Part shown: piece after piece, positions 1 to 13,223 of the stretch | How positions within the stretch are numbered: position 1 is the stretch's first letter | How the letters are laid out: every line of letters starts with the position of its first letter | Origin: Paragordius varius | Taxonomy: Eukaryota > Animalia > Nematomorpha | Direction of reading: 5' to 3' | Length of the DNA: 64,000 nt | Assembly (NCBI GenBank): GCA_964247055.1 | Contig: OZ176056.1 | Span: 744,001-808,000 of the forward strand | The notes under the pieces: generated by a model | Told to the model about the DNA's origin: nothing | The model's input: only the letters and a program-made list of their open reading frames with translations | Database searches by the model: none | Made by a program: the position numbers and the translations under genes

Positions 1-1143
1 TAATATTAACTTACGGTAACTTCTAAACGATCGTCAATTTAAGAAATATATACACATATCAAATATATTTATTAGATAAATAACTTAGTGAATAGTTTTA
101 CTACAATATTTGATCTTTAATATTCAGATGGAAAATCTTCCAAATATATTATATATAACAAATAAATTATTCAGGCGTTGGCTTTAGATTTCCAATGGCT
201 TCTTCCAAAACTTCTAAAATTAGGAATTATCGGTAGGATTAATTATATATATTGATAGTTTTGTTGTAAATGCTATCTGCCAATATTAAATGTGGCAATG
301 CATTTTGATTCACAATGTATGTTATAATTTAAAATTTATTTATCTATATATACCTTTTGATATATCGGGATCCTCTAAGCCTAATGCATCTAGAATTATC
401 ATAAAAAAATAGTTTATTTCCAAAGTAGAATTTATTTGAACTATCGAATGTATTGAATAACAAATTAGATAATGTATTGCGTATTGTTAAATAAATTTTT
501 TATATCTTGGGAAGTATACTGTAAATAAAACTCATTTTCAATTTATACCCAAAAATTTTCTAGTTCTTATTTGGAGTTTTTTACACCATGTATGATAGGA
601 TTATCAATTTGGTTATATTATAACTGATAATAAAATTAATAAAAATAATTTTTAAAAAATATAAAATTATATTTAAAATTTATAAAAAATATATAACTTT
701 CAACTTCTGCTTGTGGAATCATGGAGCCTAGATTAATATAAAAAATAATTAAAATTATCCCATATAACCAGATATTTGATTACATTTTAATTAACAATAT
801 TTTAAAAGAAAAAAATATATAATTAATTTGTCAAGTATTATCTTATTATTTTTTTTATATTTTATTAAACAATTAATAAAAATATTAAAATTATTTACTT
901 TCATTTGCTTTGTCGATTAAATCTAATTAAGTTATCATAATTATGAAAAAATGGTTCGTTATATAGGTTCTTTAATTATTAAATGTTTAAAAATCTTTAT
1001 AAATTTTGGTTTTTATATAATAAAACCAAATTTTCAAAGTATTTTTATTAAACTACTAAATTTTTTTGGTTATAATAAAAAATTTCATGGATGTTCTTTC
1101 AAATTTAAACTAAATATATCCCTATATTGTAATTAACTTTTTA

Positions 1144-1365
1144 CAGTAAAAATTGGATTATACAGACAAAATGTAATTTCAAAATAACCATTTTTTTATA
1201 TTTCATTTTTCTTATATAAAATATTTATTTACCACTGTAAAATATAAAATTGATTGTGTTTCCAATATTCATCAGATGACTTAGAAATAAAAATAAGATT
1301 AAATAGTATGGTTGTTTTTTAGAAAAAATATCTACGTTTTGTCCGAGTAATTCCAATTTTTACTG
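1144..1365. mobile_element. MITE family A (Tc1/mariner-like CAGT...ACTG ends)
   Basis: Imperfect terminal inverted repeats CAGTAAAAATTGGA.TTA..CAGACAAAA / TTTTGTCCGAGTAATTCCAATTTTTACTG. Related copies occur at 11258, 45057 and 56661. Confidence 0.6.
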
Positions 1366-1513
1366 TGATTAGTAAACTGATAAATAATAAAATAGAAAGC
1401 TAAAAATTAATTTTCATATAAAAATTTTATTTAAAGCCTAAATGACACTTTTTTGGAAATTTTTGCTTTGTTAAAAAGAAAGCTTTATTTCACCTTGAAT
1501 AGTGTCCATCATA

Positions 1514-1567
<54 letters not shown>
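1514..1567. repeat. (TA)n microsatellite
   Basis: Pure TA run. Similar runs at about 5443-5483, 5649-5676, 13173-13221, 45012-45038, 49954-49982, 60133-60160 and 63750-63795. Confidence 0.95.
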
Positions 1568-1572
<5 letters not shown>

Positions 1573-1859
1573 TAAAAGCCAAAAATATTATTTTTATATA
1601 TTAAAGTTTGTAACAAAATTATCCATGCAAAAAATATACTGCTAATGCGCTCTTTCAAAGCTAAATTTGAGATATATAAATTATTAATTTGTTAAAAAAA
1701 TTTCAATTTTTAGTATTATAAAGCATACATTTTATGGATATTTTCATGCCATCTATAAAATAGATTACATAAATATTGAATTAACAAAACACAAAAGATT
1801 AACTTTAAAGCAAATTTCCATCAAAGAGTAAAGTTAAAGAATGTCTTTTTATAAATAAA

Positions 1860-2801
1860 CTAGCGTAAATCTCGTGCTGCTACGCAACCCGAGGAAGTCT
1901 TTCGGACTTCTGGGGGGGGGGGGGGGGGGGAATGGCATTTTACGAGGGGAGCGGGAAAAAGTGGGACTAAATTAAAAAAGCGAGACGACTATGTTCGGCG
2001 CAATCGAAAATAAGTAAACAAAAATCATATTTGAAATTGAATGGTCCAACACGTTCTCCGGAAAATTATCTCAAAGAAACGATTTTGGTGGACTTCTGTT
2101 TTCAAAAAAACCCGTTTTCACACGGGGTGGGCCCGAACTGGGGCCCTATTTCAAACAAAGGGCGAAGCTATTGTCGGGGTATTCATTAATGATTAAATTT
2201 TTTCGATGTTTGGATTTGATTGGCTTCACCGGTTTTCCGGAAACAGATCACAAAGTTATATGAAAAATCAGTTTTTAGCGGGTAGCTCCTTACCCAGCAG
2301 CTATCATCAAATAAACGGTGGACTAAAATTTTTGCCTTTTAACAGGGAATACGTGGAATCTTTATTGAATTTTTACGGTCTCATACCTAGGGCGAAAAAT
2401 CGATTTAAAAAATTATTTTTGTGGACTTTGTTTTTTGAAAAAAATGGCATTTTACGGGGGGAGCGGGTAAAAAGAGGGCCTAAATCAAAAAAGTGACTCG
2501 ACTATGTTCAGCGCAATCGAAAATAAGTAAACAAAAATCATATTTGAAATTGAATGGTCCAACACGTTCTCCGGAAAATTGTCTCAAAAACACGATTTTG
2601 TGGACTTCTGTTTTTTTAAAAAAACCCGTTTTTCATACGGGGTGGGCCCGAACTGGGGGCCTATTTCAAAAAAAGGGCGAAGCTATTGTCGGGAAATTTA
2701 TTAATGATTATATTTTTTCGATATTTGGATTTGATTGGGTCTACCGGTTTTCCTGTACCAGATCACAAAGCCAGCATTTTCCATTTTTATAAATATATAG
2801 A
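1860..2801 (-). mobile_element. Non-autonomous Helitron, both termini intact (942 bp)
   Basis: On the - strand it starts A|TCTATATATTTATAAAAATGG (2801) and ends ...CGCTAG|T (1860), giving the AT target with TC...CTRR termini. A hairpin CTCGGGTTGC-GTA-GCAGCACGAG lies 11 nt before the end. There are two internal subunits ~511 bp apart, a poly-G tract at ~1911-1930, and no transposase. Confidence 0.85.
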
Positions 2802-3435
2802 TTAATAATTTTAATCCCATATTTCATGTGATTTGAATTCAGAAAAGATTGGAAAATCATTATTTGAAAGTGTCCTTGAAACCTTAATGGCTTTTTAAAA
2901 ACCGGCAGTTTTATTTTTGTTCAAATATTTTATTGTAATTAATAGTAATTTAAGTGATTTTAAACTAATGTCGTCAATTATCACAAAATTTATCCCAATG
3001 TGGGCTCTTATAGTAATCTTTACATACAATTTTTTTTTCATTAAACCATGTTTTATTAATTATATAGAATAATTACCAATTTTGGCCCGATCTATCCGAA
3101 ATTTAATGATTTAATTAAAATTTTAAAAATTACTTATATTTTCTGGACCTAATCACGAATGAAAATATTTTAAAATATAATTTTTATAATGAAAACTATA
3201 TAATAAAAATATATCACTAATATTTCGCGTTTCCTCCAAAAAGTTTTTTGATTCTAATTATATATATATGGAAAATTTAATTAAAGATTTTAAAAAATAA
3301 AAAATAAAATTGCTAAAAAATAAACATAAAAATCATAGAATTAAGATTGGACCTATAATGTATTGAAGAGTATATTGTAATACAAAGCTATATTGATTTA
3401 AAAATAAAAGGTCATTGAGTTATAAAAATCGGTAT

Positions 3436-3557
3436 ATATGCCAAAAAATTAAAATTTGATGGTATTAAAAACTTTATTAGAGTCTTCAGGAGTTCATGTG
3501 CCAATAAATTAAAGGTTTGATGGTATTGAAAACTTTATTAGACTCCTCAGTAGTTCT
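3436..3557. repeat. Local ~60-bp tandem duplication
   Basis: Two diverged copies of ATGCCAA.AAATTAAA..TTTGATGGTATT.AAAACTTTATTAGA.TC.TCAG.AGTTC. Confidence 0.8.
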
Positions 3558-5436
3558 TGGTGGAAATACAATAAACCTTATATAATCAAAAAAATCTTTT
3601 TTAAGTTATTCCGTCTTAAATCACATGATTCTACATATCATTTTTTAACCAAACGCAACATTTTCTATCCAAATGAAATTAAAAATGTTCTTTTAGTTGA
3701 AAAATGTTGCTTATGAAAATGGTATAATTATAATTAGTCGGGTTTTTTGAAAATCAAATTAAATTTAAAAAAAATCAAAATATATCAGCTGCCATAAAGT
3801 AATTTTAAAAACCTTATTGGAATCTTTATAAATTATTGTAAGTCATACATTTAGATATAAAACATGAGATTTAAGCTTTTAGATTTTTATGTTTTTAAGA
3901 TTTTTATATTACAAATATGGTAGAATTTTTAAACGTTCTACATTTTAGATAAAAGAGTTAAAACACAAAACATCTGTTTCTCTTTGTTATTTGCGTTTAT
4001 TTATCTTTTGGGCACTGGCCTCTCATAAGGATTAAAGGGAATTTGAAAGTCCATCGCAGTGGTATTTCCCGTAAAAATTTTAACCGGCCTTAAAAGAGCT
4101 TTTAGGGCCGCGGTTTTAATTAATCTATCAGGTTTGTACCAAATTCAAATGTCTTAAAGCGTACAAGAGGTATAAATTCACAAAATACGCCAATTAAAAA
4201 GAGTGGAAAATAATGAAGACTACTGACCTGATTTATTAAAATTAGCCAGCAATATAATGACCACATAGGCAACTCAAGTTTTTAATAGACTATGTGTTTA
4301 AACAAACTTCTCGATAAATTATATATTTGATTTTTACATATACTTTTATCTTATTTCAATTCATTAAAGCTAAATAACTCTTTAAGAATGTGTTCATGAA
4401 TAAATTATACATTAACTTCCCACTTATTATATCATCATTCCAATAAATTTTAATTTGTAACAGTTGAATTTTGGTTTATATTTTATCAAACGTATTTTTT
4501 AAAAAGTCAGTAACCATCCAAGAGATTGGTTCCAACGTAAAAAACCGGTATTAAAAGTTATACTATAAGCCAGGTTTTCTAAATTTTAAGAGATATGCTG
4601 TTTATTTTAAATTTTTTACAACCCGATTGTGGTTATAACCAAGCAGAAACCATTCTGATTTTGGTTCCACTTTTTTGACTTGGTTTCCCAGGCGTTGGTT
4701 TTCATGTTTTGTCCTTATAATTTTAATTTGTTTTAATATAGATCATGATAAGGAATATACCTTCCATAAGATTGGATCCTTCTGCAGATGTAAAATAAAA
4801 TAAATATATTCAATATATCAGTAAATTACTAAATACCTGTATTCAAATTTTCGACATCTGAAATATATGGTTTATATAATTAAAATATAAACGATATTTG
4901 CGAAAATGATTTTCAAAAATTGCTCAATTAACTTCAAAAGATGTGTTTTATAATATTTAATATGTAAGAAAATCAGATTTAAAAACATACGCTCCAATAT
5001 TTGTCGGCCTTTTAAATTAAAGTGAAATAAAATTGTTTTTTGAAAAAAAGTTTAAAAATTATTATTTTTTTGCATATACCTTGAACGATTCTGGCATGGC
5101 TGGTTTTAAATCTTTTGCCTTATGTAAAATATTATAAATAGTATACTTGGTCGAAGTTCTAAATGATATAGGAAACGAATTATAAATTGTTGATTAAATC
5201 ATACTTAAATATATTTAAGTCAAATTTATCCGATCTGAAACAATTTTGATAAAGGAGTTTTATGTGTTTATTTAAAGTTATGAAAAGGTTTATGGTTACC
5301 TTTTTAAAATAATATATATTTGTTTATCCAAATAAATGAAGCTTAATAAAAAGGAATTTACAATCTCAAATAAAGTTATAATGACTTCACGTTGGATTTA
5401 AAAAATGCTGAGTACCCGATTTCATTTTTTGAAATT

Positions 5437-5489
<53 letters not shown>

Positions 5490-7004
5490 ATGAATCTAGA
5501 TTACTTATACAGATAAAATAATCTCTATTTTTAAACAATTTTTTCATTATTTTCAATTATCAGTTGAAATATTAATATTTTTTTGAATTAAAATGTAAAT
5601 TATACCGCTTATATCATCGTCAACTACATCAGAGTCTAAATTTAGGGAAATATATATATATATATATATATATATATTCCATCATAACTGAATCAGCAAA
5701 ATTAAAATAGAGTCTTAAGAACTAACTTAATTTTGGCCTTAAATATTGAATATCGGTCAACTGACCTCTAAGCTTATGTTTAATTCTTTCAAGGATACAA
5801 CAAATTACCAAATTATATATAAAAATAATATTTCGTGATTATTTATAAACTTTTATGTAAAATATGGTTTTTTAAATTAAAGGTGTCTATTTCGATTGCA
5901 TATTAATTAAAATGTTAAAAAATTATTATCAGTCTTTTTGGAGCACTAATTTTTTTAATTGGATGTTATATAAATTAGATATAGACTCACACATTTCATA
6001 ATTAATATAATATTTAGCCGACCTAGGGTTAAACTCATTTGCATAAAAAATTTCGTAACAAAAACAATAATACTTTATGTTGGCTTTTTAAAATTATTTA
6101 AAAAAATAACAAATCATTAATAAACGTAATATTAATTTAAATTAATAGACTAGCAAATTTTTTAGCTAAAAATTTATTGTAAACATAATTGTACATCCAC
6201 CATATCATATGATATTTTGAATATTTTTGAAAGCTGGCTCGGCTAAGATCATATATCAAATAATTTTTAAAAATCTACTTCTTTGAAGACCGGATGGTCC
6301 AGGTTGGGGTTCTGTGGCCTTTGTTTAAAATATAATTGGAAGAAATTAATATGTATTTCATAAAAATAAAAGCATATATAAAAATTTAAAACCAGATGAG
6401 CTTTGTGAGGTGATTTCAGTTATGGCATTATCAGAAACTAATGAGAAAATGGATAGTTATCATGAAAATTTATATAAATCACAATTGATTTATATAGTAT
6501 TTCCTACTTCCTTAATATTAGTCTTAAACTTGTATGGACAATAATTGATTATGTAAAATTACTCAGAGACTTATTTAAAAAAAACCTTCAGTTGTTGATG
6601 GATTTATACTGAGCCCTGATAATAATTAAATATTTGGTTTTAGTTAAAAACAAAGCTTTTTTGATTTCTGAACACTAAATGCCAAAAATACTTATGTAGG
6701 GTATAATACAGTCAAAAAGTAAAATTCTTTATAAACGGTAATTGAATAATTTTAATTTTAAAATTAAAACTGATAATTGCTTTGTCACCCAAAACTAACA
6801 CTAACTTGTCATTACCTGGTTCTAATTGAGCCAATTCGCCTCCATTTTCTAGATTTTAGATTTATTTTAAATAAACATATAAAAATTTCCAAAATAGATT
6901 TTAATTGGTTTGAAATAGTTTAGCGAAGCAAATATTTCACTTAAATAATTTTATACAATATGCAATGTGATCATTTACTTATTGTAATATTGAAAAACCA
7001 GGAA

Positions 7005-8037
7005 TCTATATATTTATAAAAATGGAAAATGCTGGCTTTGTGATCTGGTACAGGAAAACCGGTAGACCCAATCAAATCCAAATATCGAAAAAATATAATC
7101 ATTAATAAATGTCCCGACAATAGCTTCGCCCTTTTTTTGAAATAGGCCCCCAGTTCGGGCCCACCCCGTATGAAAAACGGGTTTTTTTTGAAAACAGAAG
7201 TCCACAAAATCGTGTTTTTGAGACAATTTTCCGGAGAACGTGTTGGACCATTCAATTTCAAATATGATTTTTGTTTACTTATTTTCGATTGCGCTGAACA
7301 TAGCCGAGCCACTTTTTTGATTTAGGCCCCCTTTTTACCCGCTCCCCCCGTAAAATGCCATTTTTTTCAAAAAACAAAGTCCACAAAAATATTTTTTTAA
7401 ATCGATTTTTCGCCTTAGGTATGAGACCGTAAAAATTCAATAAAGATTCCACGTATTCCCTGTTAAAAGGCAAAAATTTTAGTCCACCGTTTATTTGATG
7501 ATAGCTGCTGGGTAAGGAGCTACCCGCTAAAAACTGATTTTTCATACAACTTTGTGATCTGTTTCCGGAAAACCGGTGAACCCATTCAAATCCAAACATC
7601 GAAAAAATTTAATCATTAATGAATGCCCCGACATTAGCTTCGCCCTTTTTTGGAATTAGGTCCCCAGTTTGGGCCCACCCCGTGTGAAAAATGGGTTAAG
7701 TCAATTTTCCGGAGAACGTGTTGGACCATTCAATTTCAAATATGATTTTTGTTTACTTATTTTAGATTGCGCTGAACATAGCCGAGCCACTTTTTTGATT
7801 TAGGCCCTCTTTTTACCCGCTCCCCCCGTAAAATGCCATTTTTTTCAAAAAACAAAGTCCACAAAAATATTTTTTTAAATCGATTTTTCGCCTTAGGTAT
7901 GAGACCGTAAAAATTCAATAAAGATTCCACGTATTCCCTGTTAAAAGGCAAAAATTTTAGTCAAGCGTTTCTTTGATGATAGATGCTGAGTAAGGAGTAT
8001 CTATCATATGTATAGCATGTTAAAAGATATATGGATA
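7005..8037 (+). mobile_element. Helitron family copy (5' TC intact, no CTAG end)
   Basis: Starts A|TCTATATATTTATAAAAATGGAAAATGCTGGC at 7005. It is the reverse-complement relative of 1860-2801 and 8231-9268. Confidence 0.8.
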
Positions 8038-8209
8038 CTAGCGTGAATCTCGTGCTGCTACGCAGCCCGAGGAAGTCCTTCGGACTTCTGGGGTGGGGGG
8101 GGGGGGGAGGGGGAGGGGGGGGGGTTCGAAGTTTGGATTTGAATGGGTCTACCGGTTTTCCTGTACCAGATCACAAAGCCAGCATTTTCCATTTTTATAA
8201 ATATATAGA
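8038..8209 (-). mobile_element. 172-bp mini-Helitron (termini only)
   Basis: 5' A|TC at 8209 and 3' CTAG|T at 8038 with the subterminal hairpin. The two ends are joined through a G-rich tract and the whole interior is deleted. Confidence 0.8.
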
Positions 8210-9268
8210 TGAGGATAAATAATGTATTAATATCCATATATCTTTTAACATGCTATACATATGATAGATACTCCTTACTCAGCATCTATCATCAAAGAAA
8301 CGCTTGACTAAAATTTTTGCCTTTTAACAGGCAATACGAAAAATCTTTCTCGAATTTTTAGAGTCTCATACCATGGGCAAAAAAATACAATCAAAAAAAT
8401 ATTTTTGTGGACTTTGTTTTTTTTTTTGAAAAAGGTGGCATTTTACGGGGGGAGCGGGTAAAAAGAGGGCCTAAATCAAAAAAGTGGCTCGACTATGTTC
8501 AGCGCGATCAAAAATAAGTAAACAAAAATCATATTTGAAATTGAATGGTCCAACACGTTCTCCAAAAAATTGACTTAACCCATTTTTCACACGGGGTGGG
8601 CCCAAACTGGGGACCTAATTCCAAAAACGGGCGAAGATATTATCGGGACATTTATTTATGATTAAATTTTTTCGATGTTTGGATTTGATTGGGTTCACCG
8701 GTTTTCCGGAAACAGATCACAAAGTTATATGAAAAATCAGTTTTTAGCGGGTAGCTCCTTACCCAGCAGCTATCATCAAATAAACGGTAGACTAAAATTT
8801 TTGCCTTTTAACAGGGAATACGTGGAATCCATATAGAATTTTTACGGTCTCATACCTAGGGCGAAAAATCGATTTAAAAAATTATTTTTGTGGACTGTTT
8901 TTTGAAAAAGGTGGCATTTTACGGGGGGAGCGGGTAAAAAGAGGGCCTAAATCAAAAAAGTGGCTCGACTATGTTCAGCGCAATCGAAAATAAGTAAACA
9001 AAAATCATATTTGAAATTGAATGGTCCAACACGTTCTCCGGAAAATTGTCTCAAAAACACGATTTTGTGGACTTCTGTTTTTTAAAAAAAACCCGTTTTT
9101 CATACGGGGTGGGCCCGAACTGGGGGCCTATTTCAAAAAAAGGGCGAAGCTATTGTCGGGACATTTATTAATGATTACATTTTTTCGATATTTGGATTTG
9201 ATTGGGTCTACCGGTTTTCCTGTACCAGATCACAAAGCCAGCATTTTCCATTTTTATAAATATATAGA
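8210..9268 (-). mobile_element. Helitron family copy in head-to-tail tandem
   Basis: 5' A|TC at 9268. It runs directly into the TC start of the mini element. The same ~1.06-kb unit begins again at 9269. Confidence 0.8.
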
Positions 9269-9995
9269 TGAGGATAAATAATGTATTAATATCCATATAT
9301 CTTTTAACATGCTGTGCATATGATAGATACTCCTTACTCAGCATCTATCATCAAAGAAACGCTTGACTAAAATTTTTGCCTTTTAACAGGCAATACGAAA
9401 AATTTTTCTCGAATTTTTACAGTCTCATACCGTGGACAAAAAAATACAATCAAAAAAATATTTTTGTGGACTTTGTTTTTTTTTGAAAAAAATGGCATTT
9501 TACGGGGATAGCGGGTAAAAAGAGGGCCTAAATCAAAAAAGTGACTCGACCATGTTCAGCGCGATCAAAAATAAGTAAACAAAATTCATATTTGAAATTG
9601 AATGGTCCAACACGTTCTCCAAAAAATTGACTTAACCCATTTTTCACACGGGGTGGGCCCAAACTGGGGACCTAATTCCAAAAAAGGGCGAAGCTATTGT
9701 CGGGGCATTCATTAATGATTAAATTTTTTCGATGTTTGGATTTGATTGGGTTCACCGGTTTTCCGGAAACAGATCACAAAGTTATATGAAAAATCAGTTT
9801 TTAGCGGGTAGCTCCTTACCCAGCAGCTATCATCAAATAAACGGTAGACTAAAATTTTTGCCTTTTAACAGGGAATACGTGGAATCTTTATTGAATTTTT
9901 ACGGTCTCATACCTAAGGCGAAAAAACGATTTAAAAAAATATTTTTGTGGACTTTGTTTTTTGAAAAAAATGGCATTTTACGGGGGGAGCGGGTT
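9269..9995 (-). mobile_element. 5'-truncated Helitron family copy
   Basis: Repeats 8210-8940 (TGAGGATAAATAATGTATT...). Similarity stops after GGAGCGGG at ~9995. Confidence 0.75.
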
Positions 9996-10338
9996 AAACG
10001 TATCGCAATGATATTCGAAATTTTATATACTAAATAAGCACGCAAAATTATCAGTATAAAATTTTATAAATATAAAAAAGTAAATGCAAATTAAATGCCT
10101 GATTTTTTTCAAATATAAATACCGTTTTATTAGGGTCTTTCTTTATATTCCCAGCTAAATTAAAAATGAATAAGATTCACACTTATTGTTAAAAAACTTC
10201 ACATAAAAATCTTTAACCATTTTAACAACAAAATTTTTAATTATGAGATCGTTACATTGAGTAAAATTATAAAAACCTCTAGACTAAAAAATGAGGTAAT
10301 CAATTCTTTTATAAGGCAGTTAATATACAGTAAGCATT

Positions 10339-10510
10339 TTAATGGTTGCTTATTTCACACTATAGTTGGGGGCAATCTACAACACAGTTAAGTAGTGTAT
10401 GGAAAAAAGAAAGGAATAAATTGTTTATTCAACATTTTGTTGTTTTTTCCATACACTAACTCCTGTGAATTGCAAATTGCCCTACTAAATGTGAAATAAG
10501 CAACCATTAA
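10339..10510. mobile_element. Hairpin-type MITE (~70-bp imperfect arms)
   Basis: TTAATGGTTGCTTATTTCACA...GTGTATGGAAAAAA is mirrored by TTTTTTCCATACAC...TGTGAAATAAGCAACCATTAA. Confidence 0.65.
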
Positions 10511-10543
10511 CACTTGGTTACAAGACATTCATTTTAGTTTTTT

Positions 10544-11082
10544 GATTCAAATTGGGGTAGTTAAATACCCCAGGCCTTTTTAAAATTTAATTCTTTAAAA
10601 AAAATGAAAAGAATCGAAATTATGGCAAAATTTTGTACATATATAACATAAATAAACCGAAATATATTAAAAATTTCATTCAAAAATACTTGATATTACT
10701 TATTTTAAGCTAAAACCGAAAGGTAAAAATTTAGTCAACGTGACATGTGTGCAATGGTAAAATTGAAATATAATATAAAAAACCGTTTTTTCTATTTCTA
10801 TCAATGTTGGATGCAATTTAAATAAAAAAATCGCTTTAGTTTTACCCAAAAAAATTAATGAAGACGATATTTTGCAAAAATTCTGTAAAATTAAAATGGC
10901 TTCGAAGTAGTTTGACATGGAACTTTTTTTCAGAACAAATTTTATTTAGATATTTTGGCATATTTATATAATTTTTATTAGGATAGAAGCATAAATTTGA
11001 ATTTGGACCGTTTCCTTCAGTAATTTTTTAAAAATCCTAACTCAAATTTAGTCTGGGGTATTTAGATACACCAATTTGAATC
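10544..11082. mobile_element. MITE with 30-bp TIRs
   Basis: GATTCAAATTGGGGTAGTTAAATACCCCAG at the left and CTGGGGTATTTAGATACACCAATTTGAATC at the right (3 mismatches). Confidence 0.65.
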
Positions 11083-11257
11083 GACGTGTTAAAATTCATA
11101 TAATAAAAATTTATATGTATTCTTAATTATCTATTTTTTAAAAACATTTAAATACTTAAAATATAGATAGAATAAAATCCACACGCTTTTACTTGTTTCT
11201 CCTGGCTCTGCCTAAAAAAGTATGTTTAAGTTTTTTTGTAAAGCCTAAATTATTGTA

Positions 11258-11533
11258 CAGTAAAAATTGGAATTCTAAGACAAAATCTGAAAACATAAAG
11301 ACAAATATCTTTTTCAAAAGCAATTATATGTTTTGAAATCTTAATTTTTTCTAAAAATATATATTTACTATTGTAAAATTAATTATGTTATAAATTAACA
11401 TCTTTATTTCATACTTTGCATTTTAAAACAATGAGTTATAATTAAAATAATCAAGTCTTTAAAACTATAGCCGTGTTAAAATGATATTTGTATTTATATT
11501 TTTACGTTTAGTCTGTATAATTTAAATTTACTG
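11258..11533. mobile_element. MITE family A copy
   Basis: TA|CAGTAAAAATTGGAATT ... TAAATTTACTG|TA, consistent with a TA target duplication. Confidence 0.65.
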
Positions 11534-12089
11534 TAAATATTATTATACAGAAGATAATTAAGTTTTATAATTACGAGACCTGATAATAATATTTATCCAT
11601 CAACTGAGTTTCATTTGAATCTGAAAAAATAAAACAAATTTTACTATTTTAAATCCTTATTGAGACTGACCCCGGTTACAAATTCGTGCTTGTAAGTATT
11701 AAAAATAACCAGTCAATACTTAAACAACCATATGATATGGCTAATATAAATATAATTTGACTAAAGTAAACTTAATTTTCTGACCAAATAAGTATTTTTA
11801 ATAATATATATTTGGTCATAGAAAAATTGGATTTCTGTATAAACCATTTAACTTTTTATATTATTAAAGCGGGAATTGCATTTATAAACACTAAAACCGT
11901 TATTTTTAATCGGTCAAACCAATATTTCTCTAATATGGAGCTCTAAATTGTACCACTTAAAATAAGTTAGTATCATATTAAATATTTAATTTTAACCTTT
12001 AAAACAAGAACATAAAATAGCTTCGGGGGCTTTTTGAATCAAAAAATCGGCGGGCCGCATTTGAAGTATAGCTAAATATAGCATTTACA

Positions 12090-12400
12090 GTTCAAATTCA
12101 CCCTTGCATAATATAAATTCACCCTCGAAGAATTGAAATTCACCCTAAAATAAATGATGTGTTTTTTAAGATTAAAAATTATCTTTTTATAATATTTTAA
12201 AATATCGAATTCCGTTTATAATTAATATAATGCTGAAAAATAATCTATGTCATAAAAATATGTTTCATATCAATGATGAATTATATCATTCCGAAAACAC
12301 ATAATTTATTTTTAGGGTGAATTGAATTGTTTAGGGTGAAATTGAGTGGTTCGAGGGGGAATTTGAATTGCTCAAGGGTAAATTTGAATTATAAATGGTA
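12090..12400. mobile_element. Foldback-like MITE family B (21-bp subrepeats in inverted arms)
   Basis: Left arm TTCAAATTCACCCT.. x3, right arm ..AGGGT(G/A)AATTTGAATT x4. The same family occurs at 54455-54762, 55590-55795 and 58368-58435. Confidence 0.6.
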
Positions 12401-12546
12401 TATATTATTATTCAGACATAAAAAATTTTTTTAAACAAATATATCTATTTCAAGTTTGTTGCCAGAGAAGGTAATTCAGAAAATATTTTAAGTATTAATT
12501 TTATATTCATAAGAGTATTTTTTAAAGATGTATTTCCAAATTTTTT

Positions 12547-12571
12547 GCGGCCCGTGGGTCGGACACCCCTG
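12547..12571 (-). mobile_element. hAT (Charlie-like) terminal motif
   Basis: The - strand reads CAGGGGTGTCCGACCCACGGGCCGC. Related CAGGGGTGTC ends occur at ~48874, ~53451 and ~59850. The family assignment rests on remembered resemblance to Charlie-type TIRs. Confidence 0.45.
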
Positions 12572-13170
12572 CCTCAAACCAATTAAAAATTTCTACATTT
12601 AAATAATCTAAAAAATATTACTTATTGCGTATTCAGTAACTGACACGTTGGGTATTTTAGTGAGATTCTTCAAAATAAAAATTTTGAATTAGCCAATTGA
12701 TAATTGCATAATAAAAATAAGTATGGTAACGAAAAAGGGATAATATTTAATTATAACTTGAATATTTTCTGAAATTCCTAATAATAATTAATATATAGAT
12801 TTATATATAAATTATTATAGATAGAAACAGCATTGTTTTTGTACCGCGGTATAAAAAATTTATTTCTCTTCTGTTTAAAAAATTATCTTAGGTATATCAG
12901 TAAGAGAATTATTTTAACTTCTATGATGTCGGGTGATATATTTTTTCCATAAAAATGGTATTATAAAAATATGGAATCGAGATTTGACAATGACTTAAAA
13001 AACCAAGTGTATCAACAGTAAAAGTAAAACCGATATGGCATTTAAAATGAAACCATAAAAGTTTCAAAAAATATGTGTAGCAGCCAAAACAAAAAATTGA
13101 TTTAAAACCAGTTATAAAAAATAATTTTAATATCAACTATTGCATGCATATTTAAATATTTTTGAAAAAA

Positions 13171-13223
<53 letters not shown>

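Noticed and set aside
1-620. Possible decayed CR1/L2-type LINE 3' end (a similar impression at ~13900-14560)
   Set aside because: Only scattered, frameshifted resemblance seen by eye; this needs a tBLASTn or HMM search against LINE ORF2.
2206-10037. ORFs of 62-113 aa (MFGFDW..., MTRLCSAQ...) as a gene family
   Set aside because: They lie inside non-autonomous Helitron copies, appear on both strands in varying frames, and show no Rep/helicase or other recognisable motif.
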